A DNA stretch of 64,000 nt from Camelus ferus (lineage: Eukaryota), in assembly GCF_009834535.1 (NCBI RefSeq), contig NC_045711.1, forward strand, positions 37,634,001 through 37,698,000, read 5' to 3'. Both the position numbers and the translations under genes were made by a program. Of the stretch, positions 45,001 through 57,298 are shown piece by piece; the first letter of the stretch is position 1; each line of letters opens with the position of its first letter. The notes under the pieces are model-generated. The model was not told where the DNA came from and did no database searches. It was given only the letters and a program-made list of their open reading frames with translations.

Positions 45001-45245
45001 TGGTTACTTAACTTCTCTGACCTTCAAACTAGATATATAAATAATATGGGAAACTGAAAAAACGGAAGGAGTTAAGTGCCTTGCATTCTCTAAAAACACA
45101 TGCAAAAGAAGGGACATTGATGACTATTATGGAGAGAAAGTCAGTGGTTGCCCCTGGGTTTTTTTTTTTTTCCAATTACTCTCAGCCCTGTAACACAGTG
45201 CTCTCCTCCTTCAGAGGGAGATAAGGATTCAAAAATGTGGAAGCA

Positions 45246-45330
<85 letters not shown>

Positions 45331-45718
45331 TTTAAAAGCCTGTGGTGGGGGGTGTAGAGCTCAGGGGTAGAGTGTATGCTTAGCATGCAGGAGGTCCTGC
45401 GTTCAATCCTCAGTGTATCTATTAAAAAATATATATGGAAGCAAACTGAATGGGGGAAGAGGGCAAACAACACGGATAAGGGAATTGAAAGGAAGAATCA
45501 GAGGGGCCAAAGGAGGACAGATTAGACTGCTGGGAATGAAGGGGATGCTGGGCGTCCCTCTGCGCTGAAGTCTCACTAAGTTCCGGGTCACGTGGGCAGG
45601 GGAGCAGCTGGTCAGGTGGAAGCAAGAACCAGGCTTTTCTCTCCTCAGGGTAAAATGGAGGCTGCACTGTGCGGGCCGGCCACTCTCCTACTGGATGACA
45701 GGATGCCACCTGGGATGA
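42100..45718 (+). CDS. LYZL6: Lysozyme-like protein 6 (c-type lysozyme), intact, 148 aa
   Basis: Coding exons 42100-42238, 43178-43336, 44224-44302, 45649-45718 total 447 nt, all GT-AG. MPGLLLISLASCLLAINQASPISRCDLAKVLHEEDLDGFEGYSLSDWLCLAFLESAFNITKVDENTDGSFDYGIFQINSHYWC...WVKWRLHCAGRPLSYWMTGCHLG*. Eight Cys, catalytic Glu (FLES) and Asp (FDYG) present. Confidence 0.96.
45246..45326. repeat. (AAT)27 perfect microsatellite in the last LYZL6 intron
   Basis: 81 nt of uninterrupted AAT. Confidence 0.95.
45347..45436 (+). mobile_element. tRNA-derived SINE (Vic-1-like)
   Basis: SINE consensus head with A/T tail. Confidence 0.8.
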
Positions 45719-47499
45719 GGCAGGGGACAGGCCTGTGGTGGAGTCACTCCAGAATTCCTCTCCTCACTTCAGAATTCTTCATTTCTTCTTCCTCTTGCCT
45801 CCACTTCCTGTTTTCTTCCCTTCCCGTTTACAAGTAAAACTGACCAGAGCCCCAGAAATAAATGGGTTCTAGGGCTTCGTCCCCGTTCCCGTCCAGGCCC
45901 AGGCCCCTGGTTCCCTGACTGTCATTTGCAAACCAAGAAGACTGTAATGAAGAAGTTTCTATATTTTTGGAATTATTAAAGCATTCCTTGTGCAAAGACT
46001 GTGTTAATTTATTCATTATTAACTCCACGTGTCTTTGAGTACCTAATAGAGTAGGAGTGTGCTACGGACGAGAAGAGAAAGCATTAACTGTTGTTCATAA
46101 TCCAGCTGGGGAAGCAGAGACACACGTGCATAATGGAGACAAGGAATAGGTACATACAATGAATACAATGGTAATAAAATCTATAATTATTGGTTTGAAA
46201 CAGTATCAGGATCAAAGTTATTCCTCCAAAGCCAACTAGTTTTGAAGTAAGAAGCTCAGAAGTAGGTCACAGGTGGGGCTAAGGGTCTGGTATATTGAGG
46301 TGGAGAAGGGAGTGGAGGGGAGGGGAGGGGAGAAACGGTGCCAGGTGCCAGTGATTTGGGGGTACTTTGGGAGAACAGGCTAGAATCCAGATGATTAAAA
46401 AAGCTTCAGGATCTGGTTTGCTTGGAAGGTGCTGACATGGAGTAAAACCTGCTTAAGGACACTGCAAAGACAGAAAAGGGACAGTTGGAGGAATGCCCTG
46501 CACAGAGCCACCATCAGTCCTGTCTGACTAAACTGGGGTTTTATCTTGAGCCACTCATAACCCTACTCTGAGCTTTAACTCCTTCAGCTATAAAATGAGT
46601 GATTTGACTATTCAGTGATTCCCAGGCTTTTGGATTTCACAGACCAGTAAAATGTCAAAGAAAAAAAAATTAAGACTGTGAAAGATTGCAACTTTTTACT
46701 TTAATGCCTAAGTATTAATCAAAACAACTATCCTTTATCAGTATCTCTTCATAGGACAATTTTTAGCATCAAATTGAAGGAAGGTCATACTTGTAGGGTA
46801 ATACAAAGCAATAGATTTTGTCCTGTGGGGAAAAAAAAAAACTTAAACCATGATTATATTGTCCTTTTCCCATTTTGCTGAGAACTAGTAAAAACTTCAT
46901 CACAGCCTGGCATGGGACTGAAGACCATTGTTTGGAAACTTCAAGGGATCTGTTCTATTTCCCCCACAAAATAGCTGACTTTTAGGATGCCTAGAACAGC
47001 CCTTCTCAGGCACCATGAGCTCCAACATTGGTGCCCTAATTGGACCAACTTTTTCGAAATTTATCTCTCCTTCTCACCTTGCCACCCAACTTCCCACATC
47101 ACCTGATTCCACCAGCTCACATACATAATTCACCAAAATCATGAAGGAAAGTCAGGGAATTCTTTTTAAGGATTTCATGTTAGACAATTGATGGCTTTAA
47201 TGAGCTATACCTTGATATATTTAAAACACATGCAAACACTCTTAGGTTAACGGATTTCATCTTTAGTGGTCACATTCCACAAAGAGTTGGGAAGTTTAAA
47301 TTTTTAAAGTTCTGTGGGTAGTTAGTGCTAAGTACCTAGTACTGTAGTCTTCTGTGGGAGTTTGAAAATCAAGCCAGCTGCTATAAAGACATCTGCACCA
47401 CTTGATCCTATAAACTCACCCTTTGGACTCTACCCTAAAAATACACTTGAATAGAAACACTAAGCCAAAGACCTCTAGGCTGCCAGGCTCAGGGAGGGG

Positions 47500-48660
47500 A
47501 ACTAGAGGCCTTGACCCGCCTGGAGTGGGAGGAGCGAAGGAGCGGTCAGAGCATCGCCCTCGCCCCCCACCCCCACCCCACCAGGCCGTCCCAGCCCCTC
47601 TCACAGCCTCTTTTTAAAAAAGTTGGTGCCTTCGCGGTTCCCACCCGGAGTGACAAAACCTTCCTGGTGTGGGAGCTGAGCTCTGGACCTAGGACCGAGG
47701 CCTTGCAGGTGAGCTGGCCAGGGTGGAGGGAGGGATGGAGAAAGCCGCCAGTTGCCCCAATAACTGGGAGTCAGGGCCAGGTGACCCCCAACCCAGCCCA
47801 ATTCCCGAGCCAACACGTGACCACCCCCGGCCCCCCGCCCAAGCCCCGCGCAGTCAGGTGACCCCCCGTCACTTAAGGAGCTTATAAACTAATGATGAGG
47901 AAAAACGAGGAAAGACGCACAAACAAATCAATAAAGAATAATGCTTTGGCGGGGGAGGGGAGCGCGTAGTAGTGGCCTGGCGGCGATGCGGCGGTGGTTC
48001 GGCACAGGGCTCTCGCTGACCGCAGGGAGACACGCGCGGTGGTCCATTTGCTGGCCTGGGACCAGAAGTCCACTGGGCGCTGAGCCGCGGGCCAGGGCCT
48101 GGAAAGGCTGGGCACGGCGCTGGCAGCTGTGGCGCACGGGGCCAGAGCGGTTACCCGCGGTAGCTGCGAAGGAGGGAGCAGGCCAGCGATGGGGAAGGGG
48201 GTGGGGTGTCGTCCCCGCGCACACGCGCCGCGCACCGCCTGCCTCGTCCGCCTGGCTCCGCGCGGGAGGAGGGAGAGGGAGGGGACGGCCCGATGGCCCC
48301 GCCGCCGCGTGCCCCGTAACGGCCACCGCGCGCGCCGGGCGGCGGCGCGCTCGGACCTCCCCGCTGCCCGAGGTGGGGAGGGGCATGCAACGACGGCCCC
48401 CAGTCCACCGCCTCCCACCCCTCACCCCCTACCCTCTTCCCAGCCCGAGGCGACTGCTGAGGAGCCTGCGGCGGGCAGAATAGCGGCGGTCGCTGAGGAG
48501 GCGCGAGCCCCGATCAGGCCACCCCCTCTCCATGCCGGACCATGAACTCAACCCGCAGACCCCTGGTGCCCGCGTCCGGCGGGGCCTCCCGCGACCTCGT
48601 CATGTTCGGTCAGTAGCGCCTGGGCCCTGAGACTGCAGGAGTCAAGGGGTTGCGATCCTG
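47500..48660. promoter_or_regulatory. CpG island covering the RDM1 exon 1 remnant and unidentified GC-rich sequence
   Basis: Dense CpG/GC boxes, e.g. CGCGCGCCGGGCGGCGGCGCG at ~48330. Confidence 0.75.
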
Positions 48661-49084
48661 AGTTCGGAGTAATGGTGATGGGGTGTAGTAAGACAATGGT
48701 GGAGGTAAAGGGGAAAGTTACAGAGCTTGGCTGGGCCAAGTGGTTAGTGATGGCAGGTGGGAGTGTAGCGGGGTGATGGGAGTGCAGAGTGGGGAGTAAC
48801 TGGGGACAGCTGTGGTATTTAGGTGTGGGGTGGAACAGGTCCGTTGCCATTGGATGTGAGGGGTGCAGAGTAGCTGGCTTCGTAGCATGAATTAGAATAG
48901 GAGCAGGGTGAGACCTGCTGGTGGGGAATAGAGAGGGAGAAGGGGCTAGGGGCTGTGATTGAGTAGTGGGACTAAGGACAGGTCTTGAGAAGAGAGCGAG
49001 GCGCTGTTTGCTCAGAACCAGAGTGCGGTGTTTGTGGTGTGATTTAGAGAGGGAGAGACCCAGAAACCTGGAGGGTAGTGCACT

Positions 49085-49595
49085 TGTAATAGAGGAGAAC
49101 AAATCTGACTCTGTTGGATCTGTTCCTTTAGCTCTAACCACTGTGCCCTGTTTTCTAGGCTTATGTTTGCTAGCTCTGTACCTTTTATAAATGAATGTTG
49201 CCTGTAGCCTGTCTGGTAAACAGGAGAGCCTCTTCTCAAGGTTCTGACCTTTCAGGATATTAACACTTCTGCACTTATATAAAGATAACACGTTGCAGAA
49301 TAGAAAGTAACCTTTGTTTTGTTGGAGGTTTTGCAGGAGCACCATGACCTAGCCCAGGTGGACAGCTGCAGGAACAAAGAATTCCTACAGCAAGAAGTTG
49401 CAACAACCAACCCCCCCCCTTTTTATTTGTAAAAGCAGCCTGTATTCTGACTGGGAGGATGGTTCCCCAAGACATTAGTCGGCCATCCTCTCAGTCTGCC
49501 AGCTTTCCAAATGAAGTCGCTATTCCTTGCCCCAACACCTCATATCCTGATTTATTGGCCAGTTATGTGGTTAGTAGAGTTTGGACTCGATAACA
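49085..49595 (+). mobile_element. Solo ERV1-type LTR, copy 3
   Basis: TGTAAT...TAACA termini, 4-bp TSD CACT. Confidence 0.85.
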
Positions 49596-51611
49596 CACTG
49601 GGGAGGAGTTCAGGAAGGGCAGGACCAAAGGCTTGTTCCCCCATTGTCTGCTGGTCCCCTCCTTCCCCACCCAGCAGAAGATGAGGAGGCCCTGATGAGA
49701 AAGGTGTTTGTGAAGAGAGGAACAGGTCCAGGTCTCTAGATGCTGTTATGGTTTTGGAGGGCCCAGCCGGCTTATGGGGCTCCAGTGCCCCAGTGGTAGG
49801 GGATGGGATTGTCCTAGTGTCTTGAGTCCCTTCCAGTGTTGGCTGCTTTGTTCCTCTCCTGTTGCCTCCATGTCTACTTTTTTTTTGTCAGCACATCACA
49901 GAGTCAGGTCTTGAGGCCAGTGCCTCACACAGGGGCTCCCCTAGGCCAGCCTTCTGAAGGCATGGGCGGGGGTGAGGTGGGGAGACTCAGCCCAGGTCAG
50001 ATTGATCTAGGTCAGGGGAAGTATGGAACGCTGGGGACCAGGGCTAGGGCGGCTCCCTTCTCTCTTCTTGGTCTTCCCCTAGCAGGGGCCTCCTCTGCTG
50101 GTTCCACTTCCCCCAGGGAGCCGGCAGTGAGAAGGACGCCCACTCCCAGCCCGGGCCAGCCCCAGGAGTCCAGCCAGCAGTGGGACCCAGCCTAAGGCTG
50201 GCCCTCCTACCACCTAGCTCCTGGAGCAGGAGATTGGACCGCTAGGACTGGTCCCCTGGTGAGGAAAGAACCGTCCTGTGCATATCCTCAAGGAGACACC
50301 TGGCACTTCTGCCTTCCCTGGGCAGAGGCTGGTAATGATTCTCTTGTCATCCTCTTAGTCTATGCCTTTTCTTTGGAGGAGTTGACCACATTCTCCCATC
50401 TTTTGGGCAAGAGGACTGGATGAAAAAACAAAAATAATGCTTTGACTTTATTTGTATTATTTAAATTTTTATGAATATATTTCTATACTACATCCTATCT
50501 AAACTTGAAATAGAGATTTAAGAAAGAACTAGCAATGTAAGAAATCCACAGTAATGTGTAAGTTATTCAGAGTTAACACAAGATATTTGCACTCTCAAAG
50601 AAGCTTGCTAATGCAGATGATGCTAAAAGAATGCTAATTCTTTTAGTTGTTTATAAAATATATAGAGGTATGTGTGTTCCTTCTTACAGAGGTTAGTAAC
50701 TTGGGGAGCGGGGCTGCTACAGATTCAGGTCCTACTTCAGTGGCAGGTCCACTTATCTCCTCTTCAGGTCATATTCTCAAGCAGGAGCTATAGGATGACA
50801 CGACTAAAACAATTTACTTCCTTTGCATACCCACAAGCCTGTAAGAGGCTTCTGCAGGTCTTCCTTGGTTCCTTTCATCATCACCTTCACCATCAGAGGT
50901 CAGGGAAACCTTCCGATTAGTCAGGGGCCCTGGAAGTGATACAGAAAAGTATTGATTTGAAACTAATAACATTTATTTAGGGCTTCCTATGAACTCATTC
51001 CTTAAAATGTGGCCCTATTTAATCTTCATAACCACCCCATGAAATTGGTATTGAAAAATCCCAGTTGTATCCAAAGTAAGTCTCTGTGTCAAGCTGTAAT
51101 ATTTTTAGGTCTCTTTTGTCTTTAGGTTCATCTGGGCACCAGACATAAGGCGTTTCAACCTAATGCCCTTGCCCTGAGCAGCTCCAGATGCCAAGAATTG
51201 GCCAATTACTACTTTGGATTCAATGGATGGTCAAAAAGGATCATAAAGGTAAAGTGTAGATTTTCTTTGACTAACCAGACTCCTTTCAACATTGAAATCC
51301 TAGACTTCAGAGAGAAGACTAGAACTGGGTTGTGGGGAGATGTGAGAGACCTCCAAGTGGAAGTGTCTGAGCATTGACCTGCCACGTAGAATTAATGATA
51401 ATCTCAATGACTTGGTGGTGGTGTTCATAATTTTCTCTGGTATTTGTATGGTATATAATAAAAAATAGTTGTCCATATCTAGTAATTCATTTGCAAGTCT
51501 TACTTGAGTCTGAAGCAACAGGACACCTCAACTATTAACTGGGCTTGCTGGAGTCTAGTTTTTATTTCTAATAACAAAATGTTTTGAAATCTTGCATTTA
51601 ATTGGAAGTCT

Positions 51612-51700
51612 GGGGTATGGATATAACTCAGTGGTAGAGCATGTGCTTAACATGCATGAGGTCCCAGGTTCAATCCCTAGTACTTCCATTAAAAAAAAAA
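51612..51700 (+). mobile_element. tRNA-derived SINE (Vic-1-like)
   Basis: GGGGTATGGATATAACTCAGTGGTAGAGCATGTGCTTAACATGCATGAGGTCCCAGGTTCAATCCC plus A tail. Confidence 0.8.
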
Positions 51701-52934
51701 CCAAAAAACAAGAAAACTCATCACTGAAATTCTACCAGCTTCAGGATCTTTCTGACCTTGAAGAAAGGGAAAATGAAGATATTGTGGCACCAGTTCAGAA
51801 GCAAAGCCTGAAGTTCTTCTGAACTTTAGAGGTGGTGTTGCCACCCTATGAGGGCAGGAGTCCTGGAGCTGGCATGGCCGAGGAACCCTTGCACAAGCTG
51901 GAGGAAGGTCTGTTTTCCAGTGTGTGGTGGGTAGTGAGGGGGTGGGATTTCTCCTTTTTCCTTTCTTTCTGAAATTTTTTTCAGGTACAACATCACCCTC
52001 GCTCAGCAACTAAAGCCCTGGGCAGAGGTTTTCTGCCTTACAGTATAGATTCTTATTTTAGGCAATGCCTGACAGAACCTTTAACTTTAAAATTTTAGAG
52101 CTGACTGCCTGCCAAGAAGCTTAGTCAGAGGGAAATTTTTTCCCCCATTTTTGGTTAATAATTTATGCCAAAATAGTCCTTTCCAATACAGATCTTTTGT
52201 AGCCTTCAGTTACCCCAACAAAATCATCATCTAAAGATTTAAACTCTTGTGTAAATGTTCAGTCCTTTGCCTCCTATACAAGGACTTGAGTGGAGAAATT
52301 CAAATGTAGATCCCTAGAAAGGTTTTTCCAGCTGGTACTGAGTTTTTTCCCTAGAACCTGTGGCAGTTGGGGTTAGGGTTTTAAGTCAGAGGCAGGTCTG
52401 TTAGTTAATGGAGTGGAGGAAGCTTCACCATCCACCTGAGTGGCTGATGTTCTGGGAGAGGCCATCTGCACTACCACCAGATCTGTCTCATTGTGTGATT
52501 CCAGCCGTTTATGCACGGGAGAGCAGGAGTGTAGCTTCAGCTCGTCCATTTGAAATCTGAGTGATGTGAGAATTGTGCCACATTCTTGGCTTGCATCTCC
52601 CGTCTAGTACTTCAGGAACGTCCAGAATCGATCTGGGTAGTAAAAATGTGCCCTGCCAGGATATATCTACAACAGAGCCATTCAACCACACGCTTGTGTT
52701 GTGCCTACCTTTAGTTGCTACGATAATGATCTAAGAATCACAGATGCATTTTTCTTTTTAAATGTATAACATAAAAATCAGTTATTCAGATAGGCATTTT
52801 AAATCCATTTGTTTTTCTTGGATTTAGGGCCATTATCATTCCTTTTGAAAAGGAAGATAACCCAGAAGCTTGCTACTCAAAAGTCTATGACGGATGCATT
52901 CCAGAAACTGCTGATTGTGGTTTTAGGTAAGACT

Positions 52935-53067
52935 TTTTTTTTTTTTGAAGGGGAGATGATTAGGTTTATTCATTTATTTCTTTGTTTTTAGAGGAGGTGC
53001 TGGGGGTTGAACCCAGGACCTCGTGCTTGCTAAGCATGTGCTCTGCCACTTGAGCTATACCCTCCCC
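52935..53067 (-). mobile_element. tRNA-derived SINE (Vic-1-like), immediately after the RDM1 exon 5 donor
   Basis: Reverse complement of GGGGAGGGTATAGCTCAAGTGGCAGAGCACATGCTTAGCAAGCACGAGGTCCTGGGTTCAACCCC plus tail. Confidence 0.8.
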
Positions 53068-55598
53068 ATGCTAAGACTTTTCGGTTGTCCTTGAAGTGCT
53101 TCAGTTTCAAGGAGTAAATAAACTTATTTGAAAAGTTAATTGGATGAAAATAATTGTTACCTAAAACACTATATATTCTTTCAGTCACTAAATTCTTTCA
53201 CAGCGGCAGTCTCAAATTTGTTCTCTGGGGCATTTCTGAGAAGAATGACAGCAAGTATTACTGTGTCCAGCGTGCAGATGCAGACCCCCTTGTCCCATTT
53301 CACACAGAGTGCTCCATCCAGCTCTTCTTTTTCGATTACTTGCCTTATACAGGATGGTATAGTGATTATAAGCCTTGGACACAAGTGTTTGAGTCCTAAC
53401 TCTGTCTGTTAGATTTTTTTTAAATGCAATTTTAGGCTTTCTAGCCAGAGAGATTTGAAGGTATTTATTATCTCTAAGCTGCATTGTCTTTATCTGCAAA
53501 ATTTGGTTAGTCATTCAGCTCACCTCATGGGGGATCGTGTAAGAGTAATGAGATGGTGAATGTAAAAAGCTTAGAACTGTGCCTGGAACATGGTAAGCAG
53601 ACAAAATATATTGACTGTTATTATTATCGTTGTTTCCCTGTTGAAGGGTTTATTAGATTATGTTTTTGGAATCAATTCAGTTTCAGTTTTCATCTCATGT
53701 GTTGTGTGAATATGATTCTCATAATACTTAGCTACGTTTTTGTGAGTCTTGAAAGTGGTCATGCTGTTAAATGGCATCGATTGTGTTCCCTATTGAGTTA
53801 CACAGTGGTGAGAACGTCACAGGCTCTGCCCAAAGGAAACTTTATGGTTGTCCATTCCCGGAGCAGAGTCGTTCCCCTGCTTCACAGCCCTGCAGACTGA
53901 GAGACTGAGAAAACCTAGTGAAGTTGTCAGAGACCTTACTTGCTTGTTAAGAGTTGACCGTGGATTGGTCTCAGCCTCCCAGCCCAGGCAGTCCTTCCTG
54001 TGAAGGTTGACTTCCCTGGTCATCAGGCAGAATCCCCATCAGCTGTCAACTTTTGATTAACAACCTTTAAGAACCAAACTAAATTTCTGGATTGTTTGCC
54101 TGTTCCTAACATGCTGAAGGTATTCCTTACTTGCACTCACAACTCCTTAGACAAGAAAGCCTTGTGACTCTAGTTTGCCTTGAGGGAAGTTGTATTGTCC
54201 AAAAGGTACATGGGCCAGTCTCTGCCAGCAGCGTTCAGATGCTTGCTCTCTCTCTCTCTCTCTCCCCAAAGCTTTGTATATTGTATCTGGCAGAATTTTG
54301 GCCCCAAGGAGTAAACAGTTGCCTTCTTCTAATAAGAAGTTATCTATTATAGTCCGATGGTGTCCATCCCAGGTCCATCCATCACTTTGACCCCCACCTG
54401 ATGCCTCACTTTTTAATCATGTTATGATTGAACATTTTTGTTTCTGATAGCTTTTACTTCCTGTGTCATTATTCCTCAGTTCTTATTTCTAAGACCATAA
54501 AGTTTTTTGAAGCAAGCAAAGTTGGTACTTCTTATATACATTTTCACAAATAGTTGTGATAAAAACTGAAGTGTCAGATGAGGGAACTACTAGAAAATGC
54601 TCTTATTTTCTGCTTTTAGAAATCAAAAGAATGTCTGATTATTGGGTGCTACTGTTGTATACAGGAAGCTTTAGAACAAAATTCTGAACTGACCCTTGTT
54701 AACTTTATTTCAGAAAGCGGTAAAATGGCTGTGGTGTACAGCCCCTGTGAAGAGGTCACAGGTGCTAGGACTGAAGAGGAAGTACGGGATTTAATTCAAG
54801 TATGTGGAGATAAAAACTCGAGGGGCACCCAGCCAGTGTCGCCGTAATTCAAAACAACCAGCAGGATTTAGAAGACTTTGGCTTGTCCACTCAGCTGTGT
54901 CATCCTTAGGGAAATGTGAAACTCTGACAGTGCTTTTGAGGCAAGGAATTCCTGGGGCTTTTCCTGAAGTCATGACCCTTGGCTCTGACCCCTTATTTGA
55001 AATTTGGAGAGCAGGACTGAGGGCCACCAGCGTGCTTCTGCAGTTGTGGACACAGGAGAAGACACAGGCCTTTTAAAACTCCCCTCAAGCACAATCCCAG
55101 GCATTTAGGAACCAAGTAACTATGGCCTTAAGTCGGAGTATGCTGCACCATTTGGAAACTACGAATGCCTTTCAAATAAGTTGTGTTGTTACCCAGATCT
55201 CAGCATCGTATATGTATCTTATGTGAAATATTTTGCTGAAAAACCTTTCTATACATCAATTATATGGATGGCCTGAATTAGGGATTAAGTTGTCAAAGTA
55301 ATTTCTGAAAGAAAATAGTAATGACCTGCACATAAGATTTTTTTAAGGAGTAAAAATGTGTTTCATGTCACTGAGAACTTAATGTGCAGCTAGATTTCTA
55401 ATTATGTAACTCTCCCCAGCATTGCCAAGTTTGTTATGAAGAGAAGAAAGTACAGAAAGAAAAGATGGTTATGTTCTGAAGGGTTATTTGAAGTTTTTTC
55501 TGCACAAGATAATTATTTTAATTCAATTTATATCAAATTATTTTAAATTCAGCTTAAATGAGGGACACTTCAATCATGTCCATGTTTGGGCTTTAAGA

Positions 55599-57298
55599 AG
55601 TCTAGCTTCTTGTGAAATGTGAGAGGAAGGGATTCAGTATCGATGCTGAAGTTTTCAGAAAGCTGATTATAACAACAGACCCATTCCTCATCGGCCAATC
55701 TTGGAATCAATTCCATTTAAAAACCATTATGTGCTTGACGCTGGGAATAAGATCAAGCTCCTTCTCCATGGAGTTCTGTGGCCAGAGGGTGTGCCAGACA
55801 GTTAAACAGGGCTAAAGTTAAAGAGATGATTATAAGGGCTGTGAAGGAAGTAAACTGGGTGCTAGTTGCAGTATTTCAAGAAAATTATTTGACATGCTGA
55901 ATTTACTTTTTGAGAGGGAGGAGGTAATTAGGTTTTTATTTATTTAGTTACATATATTCTGTTTCTTAGAAATATATTTTTAATGAAGTATAGTCAGTTA
56001 ACAGTATTGTGTCAATTCCTGGTGTACAGCACAGTACTTTAGTCATATTGGAACATACATATTTTCGTTTTCATATTCTTTTTAGCCATAAGTTACTAGA
56101 AGATACTGAATATAGTTCCTTGTGCTATACAGCATGAACTTGTTTATCAATTTTGTACATAGTAGTTAGTATCTGCAAATCTCCAACTCCCAACATATCC
56201 CTTCCCACCCCCTTCCCCACTGTTTATTTATTTTTAATGGAGGTACTGGGGATTGAACCCAGGACCTTGTGCTTGCCAGGTACGCACTCTAACCACGGAG
56301 CTATCCCTCCCCACAACGTGCTGACTTTAACATCCTAGGTGTCTTCTCTGTGTGCGCACACAGGGTAGACCTCTGAAAAGTGGCACTGTAATTTTTTTCT
56401 AGACTAATGGCTGTGCTGAGACAAGGTGGGATGGGGAGATTTTCCCACACTAATGTATAGGGCTGTTCACTTGGTTTCCGACTCTCTTTCCCAGAATGAA
56501 TTGCTCACCCGCTCCAAAACCCTTCCTGCAGACATTTTGGAGTCATCACTGACTCAGTGGTAACCCCTAATAATAGAGTGGTGAATTTTATAATCAGACA
56601 TGGATCCTGAGAGTTTAGAGGACATGAGAACATTTTAGAATAACTAAGTGTAAGGTGTATTCCCCTCCCACCGCCGTAACTGGTGCTCATTTTGTAGGTC
56701 AGCTACTTTTCTTCAAAGCAGTGTGGCCAAGGGGAGGAAGAATGTCTCTCAGATTTCAGTTTGGAGGAGGAGGAGTTTAGATTGCCAGAGCTGGAGTAGC
56801 ACTTTTGAATTTCCTGGAAGGCCAGGCCCTGTGACTTCCTTGGGAGGCTCTGCCCCACCATCACCCCCACCCCTGCGCTGCTGGAGTCCGGGGCCACTCT
56901 GGTCTGCAGCCCAAATCCTGCCTCGTTGTGCCAGGGGCTGGGCCCGGGTTGTAGACAGGGCCCGGCAGGAGATAAGTGTCACCTTTGCTGGTGGAAAGAT
57001 GGATTGGGCCCTGGGAAAAAGCCGCACTCTTATTGGATCTCCCACTGACCTACTAAAGGTCGTGTCAGTAAAGGTGTGTTAAATAGAGGGTGGGGCGTGA
57101 GACAGGGGAGGGGCACACGTGTAGCCAGGCTGCCATATCACTTTGGTTTCCATTCAGCGCGCCTGGCCAGTGCCCCACTGGCCTGGGTTGCTGTGCCCGA
57201 ATTGTCTTTAGATCATGTTTCCATAGTGTTTTTGGTTGCTGCGGCTCTTTGCTTAGCAACCACTGGCTTCTGGACCAGGGAGTTCAGCCCCTGGAATG
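55599..57298 (+). repeat. Right arm A of inverted duplication (RDM1 intron 6/exon 7 and LRRC37 promoter), paralogous to 2966-4652
   Basis: Direct reverse-complement match by eye. Confidence 0.93.
57215..57298 (+). pseudogene. LRRC37A: Truncated 5' stub of an LRRC37-family gene
   Basis: ATG TTT CCA TAG (CAG in the left copy)...GTT CAG CCC CTG GAA TGG (VQPLEW); homology to the left LRRC37 copy then stops abruptly. Confidence 0.7.

Larger units (their letters stand above)
45149..45838 (+). repeat. Right arm B of inverted duplication (LYZL6 last intron/last exon), paralogous to 4654-5298
   Basis: Direct reverse-complement match by eye, including the shared SINE. Confidence 0.92.
47622..56799 (+). 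pseudogene. RDM1: RDM1 (RAD52 motif containing 1) pseudogene
   Basis: Ex1 remnant 47622-47708 (FAVPTRSDKTFLVWELSSGPRTEALQ; no ATG, 1-nt loss in LVPF). Exon 2 not found. Ex3 51126-51248 (VHLGTRHKAFQ...FGFNGWSKRIIK), ex4 51739-51907 with TGA at 51820-51822 (Cys in human), ex5 52828-52926, ex6 54714-54799, ex7 56698-56799 (...EEEEFRLPELE*). Confidence 0.88.

Noticed and set aside
45141-45473. ORFs with poly-Ile tracts
   Set aside because: Translation of the (AAT)27 microsatellite.
48548-49345. 265-aa minus-strand ORF
   Set aside because: Composed of LTR copy 3 plus adjacent low-complexity purine-rich DNA; no coding signature.
53181-53384. Protein-like minus-strand ORF (…IEKEELDGALCVKWDKG…) in RDM1 intron 5
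   Set aside because: Could not be matched to any known protein; no poly(A) or TSD evidence for a retrocopy.
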